Of a stretch of 64,000 nt of DNA, positions 10,849-21,834 are shown piece after piece; position 1 is the first letter of the stretch, and every line of letters begins with the position of its first letter. The stretch spans positions 1,056,001 to 1,120,000 of the forward strand of contig CAWJMB010000002.1 of the NCBI GenBank assembly GCA_963843845.1, written 5' to 3'. The notes under the pieces are model-generated. The model was not told the origin of the DNA. It did not search any database and saw only the letters and a program-made list of their open reading frames with translations. This DNA is from an uncultured Gemmatimonadaceae bacterium. GTDB lineage: Bacteria > Gemmatimonadota > Gemmatimonadetes > Gemmatimonadales > Gemmatimonadaceae. The position numbers were made by a program, and so were the translations under genes.

Positions 10849-11538
10849 ATGCACACCGTCACTCGTCATCCCCGCGCCATGCTCCTCGCGGCGCTCGTCA
10901 TCGCTGGACCGACACTCGCCGCCTGCGCGTCGCTCACCAACAAGGAGCGCGGCGCGATCGTCGGCGGCGCGGCCGGCGCCGCGGTCGGCGGCGTGATCGG
11001 CAACAACACGGGCAGCACGGCGCGCGGCGCCATCATCGGCGCCGTCGTCGGCGGGGCCGCCGGCGCGATCATCGGCCACCAGATGGACCAGCGCGCGAAG
11101 GAGCTGCAGCAGAACATCAAGGGCGCGCGCGTCGAGCGCGTCGGCGAAGGAATCATCGTCACCTTCGACAGCGGGCTGCTGTTCGACTTCGACTCGGACG
11201 TCCTGCGCGAGCCGGCGCGAGAGAACCTCCGCGAACTGGCGGCGGGCTTCGCGCGCTACCCGGATACCGACCTCATGATCGTCGGCCACACCGACGCGCA
11301 GGGCGACGACGCGTACAACCAGCGCCTCTCCGAGCGCCGTGCGGCGGCAGCGACCGCATACCTCGTGCAGCAGGGCGTCCCGAGCTCGCGCGTGCGTCAG
11401 GCTGGGCGTGGCGAGGGAGAGCCGGTCGCCGCGAACGACTCGGAGGCGGGGCGTCAGCAGAACCGACGCGTCGAGGTCGCGATCTACGCGAACGAGAAGG
11501 CGCGCGCCGACGCGCGGCGACAGGCGAGCGGGCACTGA
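10849..11538 (+). CDS. OmpA-family lipoprotein with glycine zipper (YiaD-like)
   Basis: Lipobox LAAC, GAIVGGAAGAAVGGVIG zipper, LLFDFDS, IVGHTD, YNQRLSERRA, NRRVEVAI. Confidence 0.93.
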   Translation: MHTVTRHPRAMLLAALVIAGPTLAACASLTNKERGAIVGGAAGAAVGGVIGNNTGSTARGAIIGAVVGGAAGAIIGHQMDQRAKELQQNIKGARVERVGEGIIVTFDSGLLFDFDSDVLREPARENLRELAAGFARYPDTDLMIVGHTDAQGDDAYNQRLSERRAAAATAYLVQQGVPSSRVRQAGRGEGEPVAANDSEAGRQQNRRVEVAIYANEKARADARRQASGH

Positions 11539-11550
11539 GCCCGGCGTCGC

Positions 11551-11592
11551 GCGACGAATGTCGCGCGATGAATGTTGGGCGATGAATGCCGG
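11551..11592. repeat. Three imperfect 14-bp direct repeats (GCGAYGAATGY...)
   Basis: GCGACGAATGTCGC GCGATGAATGTTGG GCGATGAATGCCGG, intergenic. Confidence 0.65.
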
Positions 11593-11608
11593 CCGGCGCG
11601 CCGGTGAT

Positions 11609-11647
11609 GCGGGGGGACGAGAGCCGACTCGTCCCCCCGCTATCTTT
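11609..11647 (+). terminator. Intrinsic terminator downstream of the OmpA-family gene
   Basis: Perfect 13-bp stem GCGGGGGGACGAG/CTCGTCCCCCCGC, 6-nt loop, followed by TATCTTT. Confidence 0.7.
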
Positions 11648-11653
11648 GCGTCC

Positions 11654-12601
11654 ATGCCGCCGACCACGCTGCCACCGTCGCCGACGACCGCGTCCGCCTT
11701 GCACACGCTGCTCGCGCACGTCGTCGACTACGCGGGACTGTTCCCGCCGGCGTCGCTCGCGATGAGCGACGCGGCACGCCACTACGCCGCCTACCGCGCG
11801 AGCGACGAGCGGTGGATGCTCGGCCGTTTCGTCGTCCCCGCGGCGCGGATCGGCGAGCTCGTCGCGGCGATGCCGCACGACGCGCGCGACGTGGCGAACG
11901 GCGCGTCCGCGCCGTGGGAGCTGAGCGTGCTGCTCGGTCCAGACGTCGACGGAGACGTCGCCCGCGCCGCCGGCCACGCACGCAGCGCGCGCACGCACGT
12001 GTCCGCGCTCGAGCTGCGTGTGACCGACGCCGCCGCGCTCGCGTCGGCGGCGACGGCCGCCGACACGCTCGGCGTCGCGCGCGCGCTCACCTTCTGCGAG
12101 ATCCCGGGCGCCGCGGACGCGGAGCGGTGGGTGCGCGCAGCGAGCGAGCGCGGACTGGCGCTCAAGCTGCGCACGGGCGGCGTGACGCCCGACGCGTTCC
12201 CCTCGACCGACGACGTCGCGCGCTTCCTGCACGCCTGCGCGGCGTCCGGCGTGCCGTTCAAGCTCACCGCCGGTCTGCATCACCCCCTGCGCGCCGAGTA
12301 CCCGCTGACGTACGAGGCCGGGTGTCCGCGCGGCACGATGCACGGCTTCCTGAACGCGCTCGCCGCCACGGCGCTCTACGGCGCCGGCCTCGACCGCACG
12401 ACCGTCGCGCCGCTGCTCGAGGAGCGCGACGCGCGGGCGCTGGCGTTCGACGCGCCGAACGGTGCGCTGGCGTGGCGCGCGATCACCGCGTCCGGCGACG
12501 AGCTGGCCGCCGCGCGCCGCGCGTTCGTCGCATTCGGCTCGTGCTCGTTCACCGAGCCGGTGAGCGAGCTGCGCGCGCTCGGCCTGCTGCCGGCCGCCTA
12601 A
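11654..12601 (+). CDS. Conserved hypothetical enzyme-like protein upstream of fahA
   Basis: Enzyme-like motifs VVDYAGLFPPA, KLRTGG, FKLTAGLHHPLR, MHGFLN, FGSCSFTEP. Ends 19 nt before fahA. Confidence 0.8.
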   Translation: MPPTTLPPSPTTASALHTLLAHVVDYAGLFPPASLAMSDAARHYAAYRASDERWMLGRFVVPAARIGELVAAMPHDARDVANGASAPWELSVLLGPDVDGDVARAAGHARSARTHVSALELRVTDAAALASAATAADTLGVARALTFCEIPGAADAERWVRAASERGLALKLRTGGVTPDAFPSTDDVARFLHACAASGVPFKLTAGLHHPLRAEYPLTYEAGCPRGTMHGFLNALAATALYGAGLDRTTVAPLLEERDARALAFDAPNGALAWRAITASGDELAAARRAFVAFGSCSFTEPVSELRALGLLPAA

Positions 12602-12620
12602 CGTTCTTCCTCATGCACTC

Positions 12621-13932
12621 GTGACCGACACGCACGATCCGGCGCTCGTCTCCTGGGTGGAGTCGGCGCACACGCCGGGGACCGACTTCCCGATCCAGAA
12701 CCTTCCGTTCGGGGTCTTCCGCCGAGCGGACAGCGGCGAGGCGCCGCGCGTCGGCGTCGCGATCGGCGACGCGATCCTCGATCTCCCCGCATGCCTCGCC
12801 GAGGGGCTGCTCGATCGGGACGGGCCGGCGGCGCTCGCCCTCGGCGCGCCGTCGCTCAATCCGCTCATGGCGCTCGGACGGGCGCACCTGAGCGCGATGC
12901 GGTCGGCGGTGAGTCTGGTTCTGCGCGCCGGCGGCACGCCGACGCGCTATGACCGCGACCGCGCGGATCGCATCCTCGTCCCACTGGCGGAGGCCGAGCT
13001 CTTTCTCCCCGCGGACGTCGGCGATTACACCGACTTCTACGCCTCGGTGCACCACGCGACGAACGTCGGGAGCATGTTCCGCCCCGACAACCCGCTGCTG
13101 CCGAACTACAAGTGGGTGCCGATCGGCTATCACGGCCGCGCGTCGAGCATCGTGCGCAGCGGCACGGCCGTCCACCGTCCGTGGGGGCAGATCAAGCCGC
13201 CGAGCGAGGAGCGGCCGACGTACGCGCCGACGCGGCAGCTCGACTACGAGCTGGAGGTCGGGGTTCTACGTCGGCGCCGGCACGCCGTTAGGCACCCGCC
13301 TCACCGTCGACGACGCGGAGTCGCACCTGTTCGGGCTGTGCCTCGTGAACGACTGGTCCGCGCGCGACGTGCAGGCGTGGGAGTACCAGCCGTTCGGCCC
13401 GTTCCTCGCCAAGAACTTCGCGACCACGCTCTCGCCGTGGGTCGTGACCGTGGACGCGCTCGAGCCGTTCCGCGCGCCGGCGTACACGCGCGCCGCCGGC
13501 GACCCGGCGCCGCTGCCGCACCTCGATTCGGTCGTCGACCGGGCGCGCGGCGCGTTCGACGTCACGCTCGAGGTCTGGCTGACGACGGCGCAGATGCGCG
13601 CGTCGGGGACCGCTCCGTTCCTCGTCAGCCGCGGGTCGCTCGCCGAGATGTACTGGACGCCGGCGCAACTGCTCGCGCACCACGCGAGCAACGGCTGCAA
13701 CCTGCGGCCCGGGGACTTGCTCGCGAGCGGCACCGTCTCCGGCCCGACGCCCGAGTCGCGCGGGTGCCTGCTCGAGCGGACGTGGCGCGGCCGCGAGCCG
13801 TTGCAGCTGCCGAACGGCGAGCAGCGCGCGTTTCTCGAGGACGGCGACGAGGTCATCCTGCGCGGCTACTGCGAGCGCGACGGCGCCGTGCGGATCGGGT
13901 TCGGCGAGTGCCGCGGGCGCGTCGAAGGGTGA
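12621..13932 (+). CDS. fahA: Fumarylacetoacetase, frameshift near 13260 (G run)
   Basis: FPIQNLPFGVF, DYTDFYAS, PIGYHGRASS, LDYELEVG, then in the second frame NDWSARDVQAWEYQPFGPF, GDLLASGTVSG, IGFGEC. Confidence 0.93.
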
Positions 13933-13958
13933 GCGGTGGACGCGACCGGTAGCCGGCG

Positions 13959-14900
13959 TCAGGCGAGCGCGATGATCGCGAGCAGCATCGTCGCGACCAT
14001 CGCGACGGCGAAGATCACTCCGTAGCTCGCCGAGAGCGCGACGAACTTCGCGAGCGTGCGCCGCCGCGACCCGCCGTAGACGCCGTGCATGGCGAGGAAC
14101 CCGTACGCGGGAATCCAGAGCAGCATCAGCCAGAACACGACGCGCGAGAGCGGGCCGCGCGCGACGGCCGACGTCAGCGCGACGACCGTGAGCGCGAGGT
14201 AGGCGAACGCGTGGGTGTGCAGCGCGAAGACGAGGTGCTCCGCGTAGTAGACCCCCGAGCGGCGATACAGCACGCGGAGCAGGAGCGCGAACACCGGGAG
14301 CAGCACGAACACCATGTTCGGCGCCTTCGCGAGCAGCGCGCCGAAGATCGCGCGCCGCTGCTCCGCCCCCGGCAGCGCCTTCACGCGGGCCATGCCGCCG
14401 GTGAGTCCACGCTTCGCCCACGTGATCGGATCTCGCCCGCGTTCGTTGCGGTGCCGCTCGAGGAACGCGTCGACCGACGAGTCGGTCCGGATGACGCCGT
14501 CACCTCGCGTGACGGTCACCCCGCCGACGCTGCGCCGGGAGTCGCCGAGGCCGGCGTCGCGGTCGCGGCGCACGAGCGTGAGCGAGAGGAAGAAGGCGAC
14601 GCTCATCGTCAGGTACAGCCGCAGCGGCCGCAGGTAGCGTGCGCGGCGGCCGGCGAGGAACTCGGCCGTCAGCGCGCCGGGGCGGCGCACGAGCAGGAGC
14701 AACGTCTGCGGGATCTTGCCGTCCCACCCGGCGAGCGCGTCGAGCACCTCGCTCGCGAGACCGCCGAGGGAGCGGTGCAGGTCGCGCGTTTCCTGCCCGC
14801 AGTGCGGACAGAAGTGCTCGACGCCGCCGGCCCCGCAGTTCGTGCAGTGCGGCGGCGGCGGCGTCGAAGCGACGTCCTGGGAGAGGCGAACGTGCGTCAG
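13959..14900 (-). CDS. DUF3667-like membrane protein with N-terminal CxxC...CxxC zinc ribbon
   Basis: The frame extends upstream of the listed ORF (CTNCG...FCPHCGQ). RPGALTAEFLAGRRARYLRPLRLY, YYAEHLVFALH. The only candidate start before the ribbon is CTG at 14900. Confidence 0.8.
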   Translation of the reverse strand: MTHVRLSQDVASTPPPPHCTNCGAGGVEHFCPHCGQETRDLHRSLGGLASEVLDALAGWDGKIPQTLLLLVRRPGALTAEFLAGRRARYLRPLRLYLTMSVAFFLSLTLVRRDRDAGLGDSRRSVGGVTVTRGDGVIRTDSSVDAFLERHRNERGRDPITWAKRGLTGGMARVKALPGAEQRRAIFGALLAKAPNMVFVLLPVFALLLRVLYRRSGVYYAEHLVFALHTHAFAYLALTVVALTSAVARGPLSRVVFWLMLLWIPAYGFLAMHGVYGGSRRRTLAKFVALSASYGVIFAVAMVATMLLAIIALA

Positions 14901-14904
14901 GGCG

Positions 14905-16668
14905 TCAGGGCGTGACGGTCACCGTGATGGTGGTCGGCGCACCCTGCGCCGCGCTCGCGGCATCGAGCGCCTGATACGTGATGCGCGTCGTGCCTTCCTT
15001 GAGGCCGAGGATCTGGCCGGCGCCGTTCGCCGAGACGATCGACGGATCGGCGACCGTCGCCTGCACGGTGCGATTGAAGAGCTGGTTGCCGTTGGCGTCG
15101 CGCGGGATGACGGAGATCGTCGTCGCTCGGCCGACCGGGACGCTGACCGTGACCGGGGCGACATCGATCGTGGCGACGCGCACGAGGTTGACCACGATGT
15201 CGGCACTGCCGCTCGCCACGGCGGGCAGCCCGGGAACGGCGTCGACGACCGCGGTGATCCGTGCGCCCGGCGCCGCGATGGCGGTCGCGAGCCCGCTCTG
15301 CGACACCGTGACACTCTGCGACGAGGAGGTCACCCACGTCACCGTGCGTCCGCTCACGGCGTTGCCCACGCTGTCGGTCAGGGTGGCCGTGAGCTGCTGC
15401 GTCTGTCCGACGTTCAACTCCGACACGAGGGGGCGGACCGTCACGGCGGCGATCGGGATCTCGGTCACCCGCAGGCTCAGCGTGTCCGCGACCGCGCCGT
15501 TGTCGGCGCTCGCGATCAGTCGCGCCTCGCCGATCCGGCGCGGCGTCACGATGCCGAGCGAGTTGACGACGAACACCGTCTGATCGGTGCTCGTGTAGGT
15601 GATCGTGCGGCCGGCCAGCGACGTGCCGGCGCTGTCGTACGCGATGGCGAACCGGTTGCTCTGGACCGGCGTGCCAGTCGTCGCGAGGCGCAGAAACGGC
15701 CCGCGGTCGGCGATGCGAACGATGCGGGCGGGCACCTCGCGCACCGTCACCTGGAACACGCCCCGCGCCGAGGTCCCGTTCACGAGCACGTTGATGTTCG
15801 TGGTCCCGGGCCGTACGCCGGTGACGACGCCGCTCGCGGCATTCACGGTCGCGACGGTCTGGTCGTCGCTCGTGTAGCCGATCCCTTGCTGCGTGTTCGA
15901 GATGATCGCGTTGTCGGCCGCGAACAGCGTGACCGACGTCTGCGCCTGCTCGTTGACGAGGATCGTGTTCGAGCCCTTCTGCAGGCGCGCCTCGACGCGA
16001 CTCACGAGCGGCGGCAGCACGTTGACCTGGAACGCCGCCGTGACGCTGTTCACCGTCAGCGTCACGATCGCCGTGCCAGGGGTGACGCCGCGCAGCACGA
16101 TGTTCGACGACGTCGAACCGCTCGCCGTCAGGACGCCCGTGTTGGACGAGGTGACCGTCACGGCGCGCGGCGCGAGCGTCTGCCCCTGCGGGTCGAGGAG
16201 CGTCACGCCGAGCGGCGTGTCGCGGCCCTGATAGACCGTCGGCGGATCGACGCGGATGACCGCCGGCGGGGCGAGCAGGACGCGAATCGTGTCCGATCCC
16301 GTCTTCCCGCGCGTCGTGGCCGAGATGACGGCCGTGCCCGGCGCCACGCCGGTGATCTCCCCCGTCGCCGCGTTCACCGTGGCGACCGACGGATCGCTCG
16401 ACGAGAACGCGGTGCGCAGCTTCGTCGACGTGAACGGCTTGTTGTTGTCGATCGTCGTGGCGGAGGCGAGGGCGCGCGCGCCGGCGACGATCGAGTCGGG
16501 GTTCACCGTCACGTCGACACGGTCGACGTTGGGAAGCCCGGTGAGAAAGCTGCAGCCGCTCGTCGCGAGTCCGATCGCGGCGACGAGGGCGACGCTCAGC
16601 CCGCGGCGCGGGCGGCGCGCAGACGGCGGGAACGCAAACCGCATGGAGGACGGGACGGTGAGAGGCAT
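14905..16668 (-). CDS. Lipoprotein with tandem bacterial Ig-like (Big_2) domains
   Basis: Lipobox TSGC. Repeated SSSDPSVATVNAATGEITGVAPGTAVISAT-type units, about six. Start is 16668 or 16644. Confidence 0.85.
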   Translation of the reverse strand: MPLTVPSSMRFAFPPSARRPRRGLSVALVAAIGLATSGCSFLTGLPNVDRVDVTVNPDSIVAGARALASATTIDNNKPFTSTKLRTAFSSSDPSVATVNAATGEITGVAPGTAVISATTRGKTGSDTIRVLLAPPAVIRVDPPTVYQGRDTPLGVTLLDPQGQTLAPRAVTVTSSNTGVLTASGSTSSNIVLRGVTPGTAIVTLTVNSVTAAFQVNVLPPLVSRVEARLQKGSNTILVNEQAQTSVTLFAADNAIISNTQQGIGYTSDDQTVATVNAASGVVTGVRPGTTNINVLVNGTSARGVFQVTVREVPARIVRIADRGPFLRLATTGTPVQSNRFAIAYDSAGTSLAGRTITYTSTDQTVFVVNSLGIVTPRRIGEARLIASADNGAVADTLSLRVTEIPIAAVTVRPLVSELNVGQTQQLTATLTDSVGNAVSGRTVTWVTSSSQSVTVSQSGLATAIAAPGARITAVVDAVPGLPAVASGSADIVVNLVRVATIDVAPVTVSVPVGRATTISVIPRDANGNQLFNRTVQATVADPSIVSANGAGQILGLKEGTTRITYQALDAASAAQGAPTTITVTVTP

Positions 16669-16766
16669 TCGGGGCTCGCTGGGGCGCCGATCGCGAGATC
16701 GGCGCCGGACGGCGGCACCAGCTACGGAGAAGACGACGCACGAAGCGTAGTGCGCCCTGAGGGGCG

Positions 16767-18913
<2,147 letters not shown>

Positions 18914-18943
18914 CGACGACCGTGCGAGAGAAGGGATGAGCAA

Positions 18944-20167
18944 TCAATCGCGTTCGTGCTCGAACACCCAGCGCACCTGCTCGACCGCCCATTCGAGGTC
19001 GCGCTGCTCGACGACGAGCGGCGGGGCGATGCGGATGACCTTGTCGTGCGTCTCCTTGCACAGCACGCCGCGCGCCTTGAGCGCCTCGCAGTACGGGCGC
19101 GCGGGCACGCGCAGCTCGAGGCCGACGAGCAGGCCGCGCCCGCGCGCCTCGACGATGTCGGGGTGGCGGATCTGTCGCAGCTCGTTCAGCAGCCAGCTGC
19201 CCAACGTCGCCGATCGCTCGACGAGATCCTCGTCGGCCATGACCTGCAACGCCGTGCGCGCGACCGCGCAGCCGAGCGGGTTGCCGCCGTACGTGCTGCC
19301 GTGCGAGCCGGGGGTGAACACGCTCAGCACGTCGCGCCGCGAGACGACGGCGGAGACGGGGTAGAAGCCGCCGGAGAGCGCCTTGCCGAGGATGTAGACG
19401 TCGGGCTGAACGCCCTCGTGGTCGCACGCGAACAGCCGCCCCGTGCGGCCGAGCCCCGTCTGGATCTCGTCGGCCATGAGCAGCACGTTCTGCTCGCGGC
19501 AGAGCGCGGCCAGCGCGCGGAGGAACCCATCCGGCGGCATGAGCACGCCGGCCTCGCACTGGATGGGCTCGATCAGCACCGCGCAGACATCCGGGTGCAT
19601 CGCACGCCGCACCGCCTCGAGATCGCCGAACGGCAGGCGCGTGAACCCCGGCGCGAACGGCCCGAAGCCGTCTCGGTACGACGGCTCCGACGAGAAGCCG
19701 ACGATCGTCGTCGTGCGGCCATGGAAGTTGTTGTCGAACACGAGGATCTCGGCACGGTCGCGCGCGATCCCCTTCCGCGTGTATCCCCACCGCCGCGCCG
19801 CCTTGATCGCCGTCTCGACCGCCTCGGCGCCCGTGTTCATCGGGAGCACCGTCTCCATGCCGCAGAGCGCGGCCAGCTCCTCGCAGAACGGGCCGAGCTG
19901 CTCGTTGCGGAACGCGCGCGACGTCAGCGTGACGCGCGACGCCTGCTGCACGAGCGCCGCGAGCAGCCGTGGGTGGCAGTGCCCCTGATTGACGGCGGAG
20001 TACGCGGCGAGGCAGTCCAGGTAGCGGCCCCCCTCGACGTCGTACACCCACGCCCCCTCGGCGTGGTCGATGACGACGTCGAGCGGGTGATAGTTGTGCG
20101 CGCCCCACTGCGCTTCGAGCGCGATGAGCTCCTGCGTGCTGGGCACTGCCGTCGTCGCGGAGCTCAT
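18944..20167 (-). CDS. rocD: Ornithine--oxo-acid transaminase
   Basis: GAHNYHPL, AYSAVNQGHCHP, LTSRAF, MNTGAEAVETAIK, DEIQTGLGRTG, GKALSGG, HGSTYGGNPL. ATGA overlap with rocF. Confidence 0.95.
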   Translation of the reverse strand: MSSATTAVPSTQELIALEAQWGAHNYHPLDVVIDHAEGAWVYDVEGGRYLDCLAAYSAVNQGHCHPRLLAALVQQASRVTLTSRAFRNEQLGPFCEELAALCGMETVLPMNTGAEAVETAIKAARRWGYTRKGIARDRAEILVFDNNFHGRTTTIVGFSSEPSYRDGFGPFAPGFTRLPFGDLEAVRRAMHPDVCAVLIEPIQCEAGVLMPPDGFLRALAALCREQNVLLMADEIQTGLGRTGRLFACDHEGVQPDVYILGKALSGGFYPVSAVVSRRDVLSVFTPGSHGSTYGGNPLGCAVARTALQVMADEDLVERSATLGSWLLNELRQIRHPDIVEARGRGLLVGLELRVPARPYCEALKARGVLCKETHDKVIRIAPPLVVEQRDLEWAVEQVRWVFEHERD

Positions 20168-21255
20168 AGGATGCGCCGTCCGAACGCGCTGGTGATGAGG
20201 TCGACGGCCAACTCCGCCGTGTGGTTGTGCCGGTCGACGATCGGGTTGATCTCGACCAGGTCCATCGCGACGAGCGCGTTCGCGTCGGCGACGAGCTCCA
20301 TCGCGAGGTGCGCTTCGCGGAGCGTCGCGCCGCCGCGCACCGGCGTGCCGACCCCCGGGGCCTCTTCCGGATCGACCCAGTCGGCGTCGCAGGAGAGGTG
20401 CACGCCGCCCGTGCCGCGCGTCGCGATCTCGAGCGCGTCGTCCATCACGGCGCGCAGCCCGCGCTCGTCGATCTCGCGCATCGTGAACGCGCGCATGCCC
20501 GAGTCGCGGATGAAGTCGCGTTCCGGCTGGTCGAGGTCGCGCACGCCGACGAGCACGACGTTCTCGGCGCGCACGGCCGGCCACGGCGTCGCGATCTGCG
20601 ACAGGCGCGGGTCGCCCCTGCCCAACAGATGGGCGACGGGCATGCCGTGCACGTTGCCGCTCGCGCTCGACGAGGGGGTGTGCAGGTCGCCGTGCGCGTC
20701 GAGCCAGATGAGGCCGAGCCGCTCGCCGCGCTCGCTCATCGCGGTCGCGACGCCGGCGACCGAGCCGGCGGCGAGCGAGTGGTCGCCGCCCAACACGAGC
20801 GGCGTCGCGCCGGCGCGCACGGCGTCGGCGGTCTGCGCCGCGAGCGTGCGGCAGACCTCGGCGATGGCGGCGAGGTAGCGCGCCTGCGGGTGGGCGTCGT
20901 CGCGCCCGTTGGCGTCGACATTCGAGCCGGCGTTCGCGCCGGCGTTCGCGCCGGCGTTCGCGCCGGCGTTCGCGCGACCGCCGGCGAGTGCGGCGCGGTC
21001 GGGCACCGCGATGTTGCCGGTGTCGTGCACGTCGTAGCCGACGTCGCGGAGGCGAGCGGCGACGTCGGCGGCCCGGAGCGCCGAGGGCCCCATGTCGACG
21101 CCGCGACGGCTGGCGCCGAGGTCCATCGGAACGCCGATGACGTGCACGGGGCGGAGGCGGGCACGCGCGCCGAGGCGTGTGTCGCGCACGTCGGTCGCGT
21201 CGGTCGCGTCGGTCGCGTCGGTCGCGTCGGTCGCGCGTGTGTCGGTAGCCAGCAT
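20164..21255 (-). CDS. rocF: Arginase
   Basis: GASRRGVDMGPSALR, LGGDHS, WLDAHGD, SGNVHGMP, SCDADWVDP, APGVGTPVRGG, DLVEINP. Confidence 0.95.
   Translation of the reverse strand: MLATDTRATDATDATDATDATDVRDTRLGARARLRPVHVIGVPMDLGASRRGVDMGPSALRAADVAARLRDVGYDVHDTGNIAVPDRAALAGGRANAGANAGANAGANAGSNVDANGRDDAHPQARYLAAIAEVCRTLAAQTADAVRAGATPLVLGGDHSLAAGSVAGVATAMSERGERLGLIWLDAHGDLHTPSSSASGNVHGMPVAHLLGRGDPRLSQIATPWPAVRAENVVLVGVRDLDQPERDFIRDSGMRAFTMREIDERGLRAVMDDALEIATRGTGGVHLSCDADWVDPEEAPGVGTPVRGGATLREAHLAMELVADANALVAMDLVEINPIVDRHNHTAELAVDLITSAFGRRIL
20925..20975. repeat. 12-bp tandem repeat in rocF encoding (ANAG)n
   Basis: (GCCGGCGTTCGC) x3-4. Confidence 0.85.
21189..21236. repeat. 9-bp tandem repeat in the rocF 5' end encoding (ATD)n
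   Basis: (GTCGGTCGC) x5. Confidence 0.85.
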
Positions 21256-21382
21256 GTGTCAGTCGAGAACGAGAGTCAGTTCGATGTCGTCGAACGATGC
21301 CGGTCTCGGACGTCAGCGAATAGCGCGATGAGTGCGCAACTCTGCGTTATCTTCTGGCGATTCGACACAGAGCGCTGACACT

Positions 21383-21814
21383 ATGCCCACTCTCGACGCC
21401 ACCGACGTCCAACTCATCGGCCTGCTCCGCGAGAACGCCCGCACCCCGGTCGCGACGCTCGCGAGACAGCTCCGCGTGTCGCGCGGCACGGTGCAGAACC
21501 GCATCGACCGCCTCGTCGCGCAGCGCGTGCTGCTCGGCTTCACGGTGCGCACGGCGCCCGAGGTCGCGCCGCAGCGCGTGCGCGCCGTGACGATGATCGC
21601 CGTCGAGGGTGAGCGCTCGGCGCCGATCCTGACGACGCTGCGCGGCTATCCGCAGGTCACGGCACTCTACACCACGAATGGCCGCTGGGACATCGTCGCC
21701 GAGCTCGGCACCGATACGCTCGAGGCGTTCGACGAGGTGCTGCGGCAGCTCCGGACCATCAAAGGGATCTCGAACTCGGAGACGAGTCTGCTGCTCTCGG
21801 CGCACAAGGCGTGA
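21383..21814 (+). CDS. Lrp/AsnC family transcriptional regulator, divergent from rocF-rocD
   Basis: LDATDVQLIGLLRENARTPVATLARQLRVSRGTVQNRIDRL helix-turn-helix; TNGRWDIVAEL. Confidence 0.93.
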   Translation: MPTLDATDVQLIGLLRENARTPVATLARQLRVSRGTVQNRIDRLVAQRVLLGFTVRTAPEVAPQRVRAVTMIAVEGERSAPILTTLRGYPQVTALYTTNGRWDIVAELGTDTLEAFDEVLRQLRTIKGISNSETSLLLSAHKA

Positions 21815-21834
21815 CCGCCGCGTTAGCGTTGGGT

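Noticed and set aside
12596..12700. GCCTAAC overlapping a stop codon, as at the start of an integron attC site
   Set aside because: There is no matching GTTRRRY with an attC-like palindrome downstream, fahA starts about 20 nt later, and no integrase is in the window. Treated as one copy of the iterated octamer.
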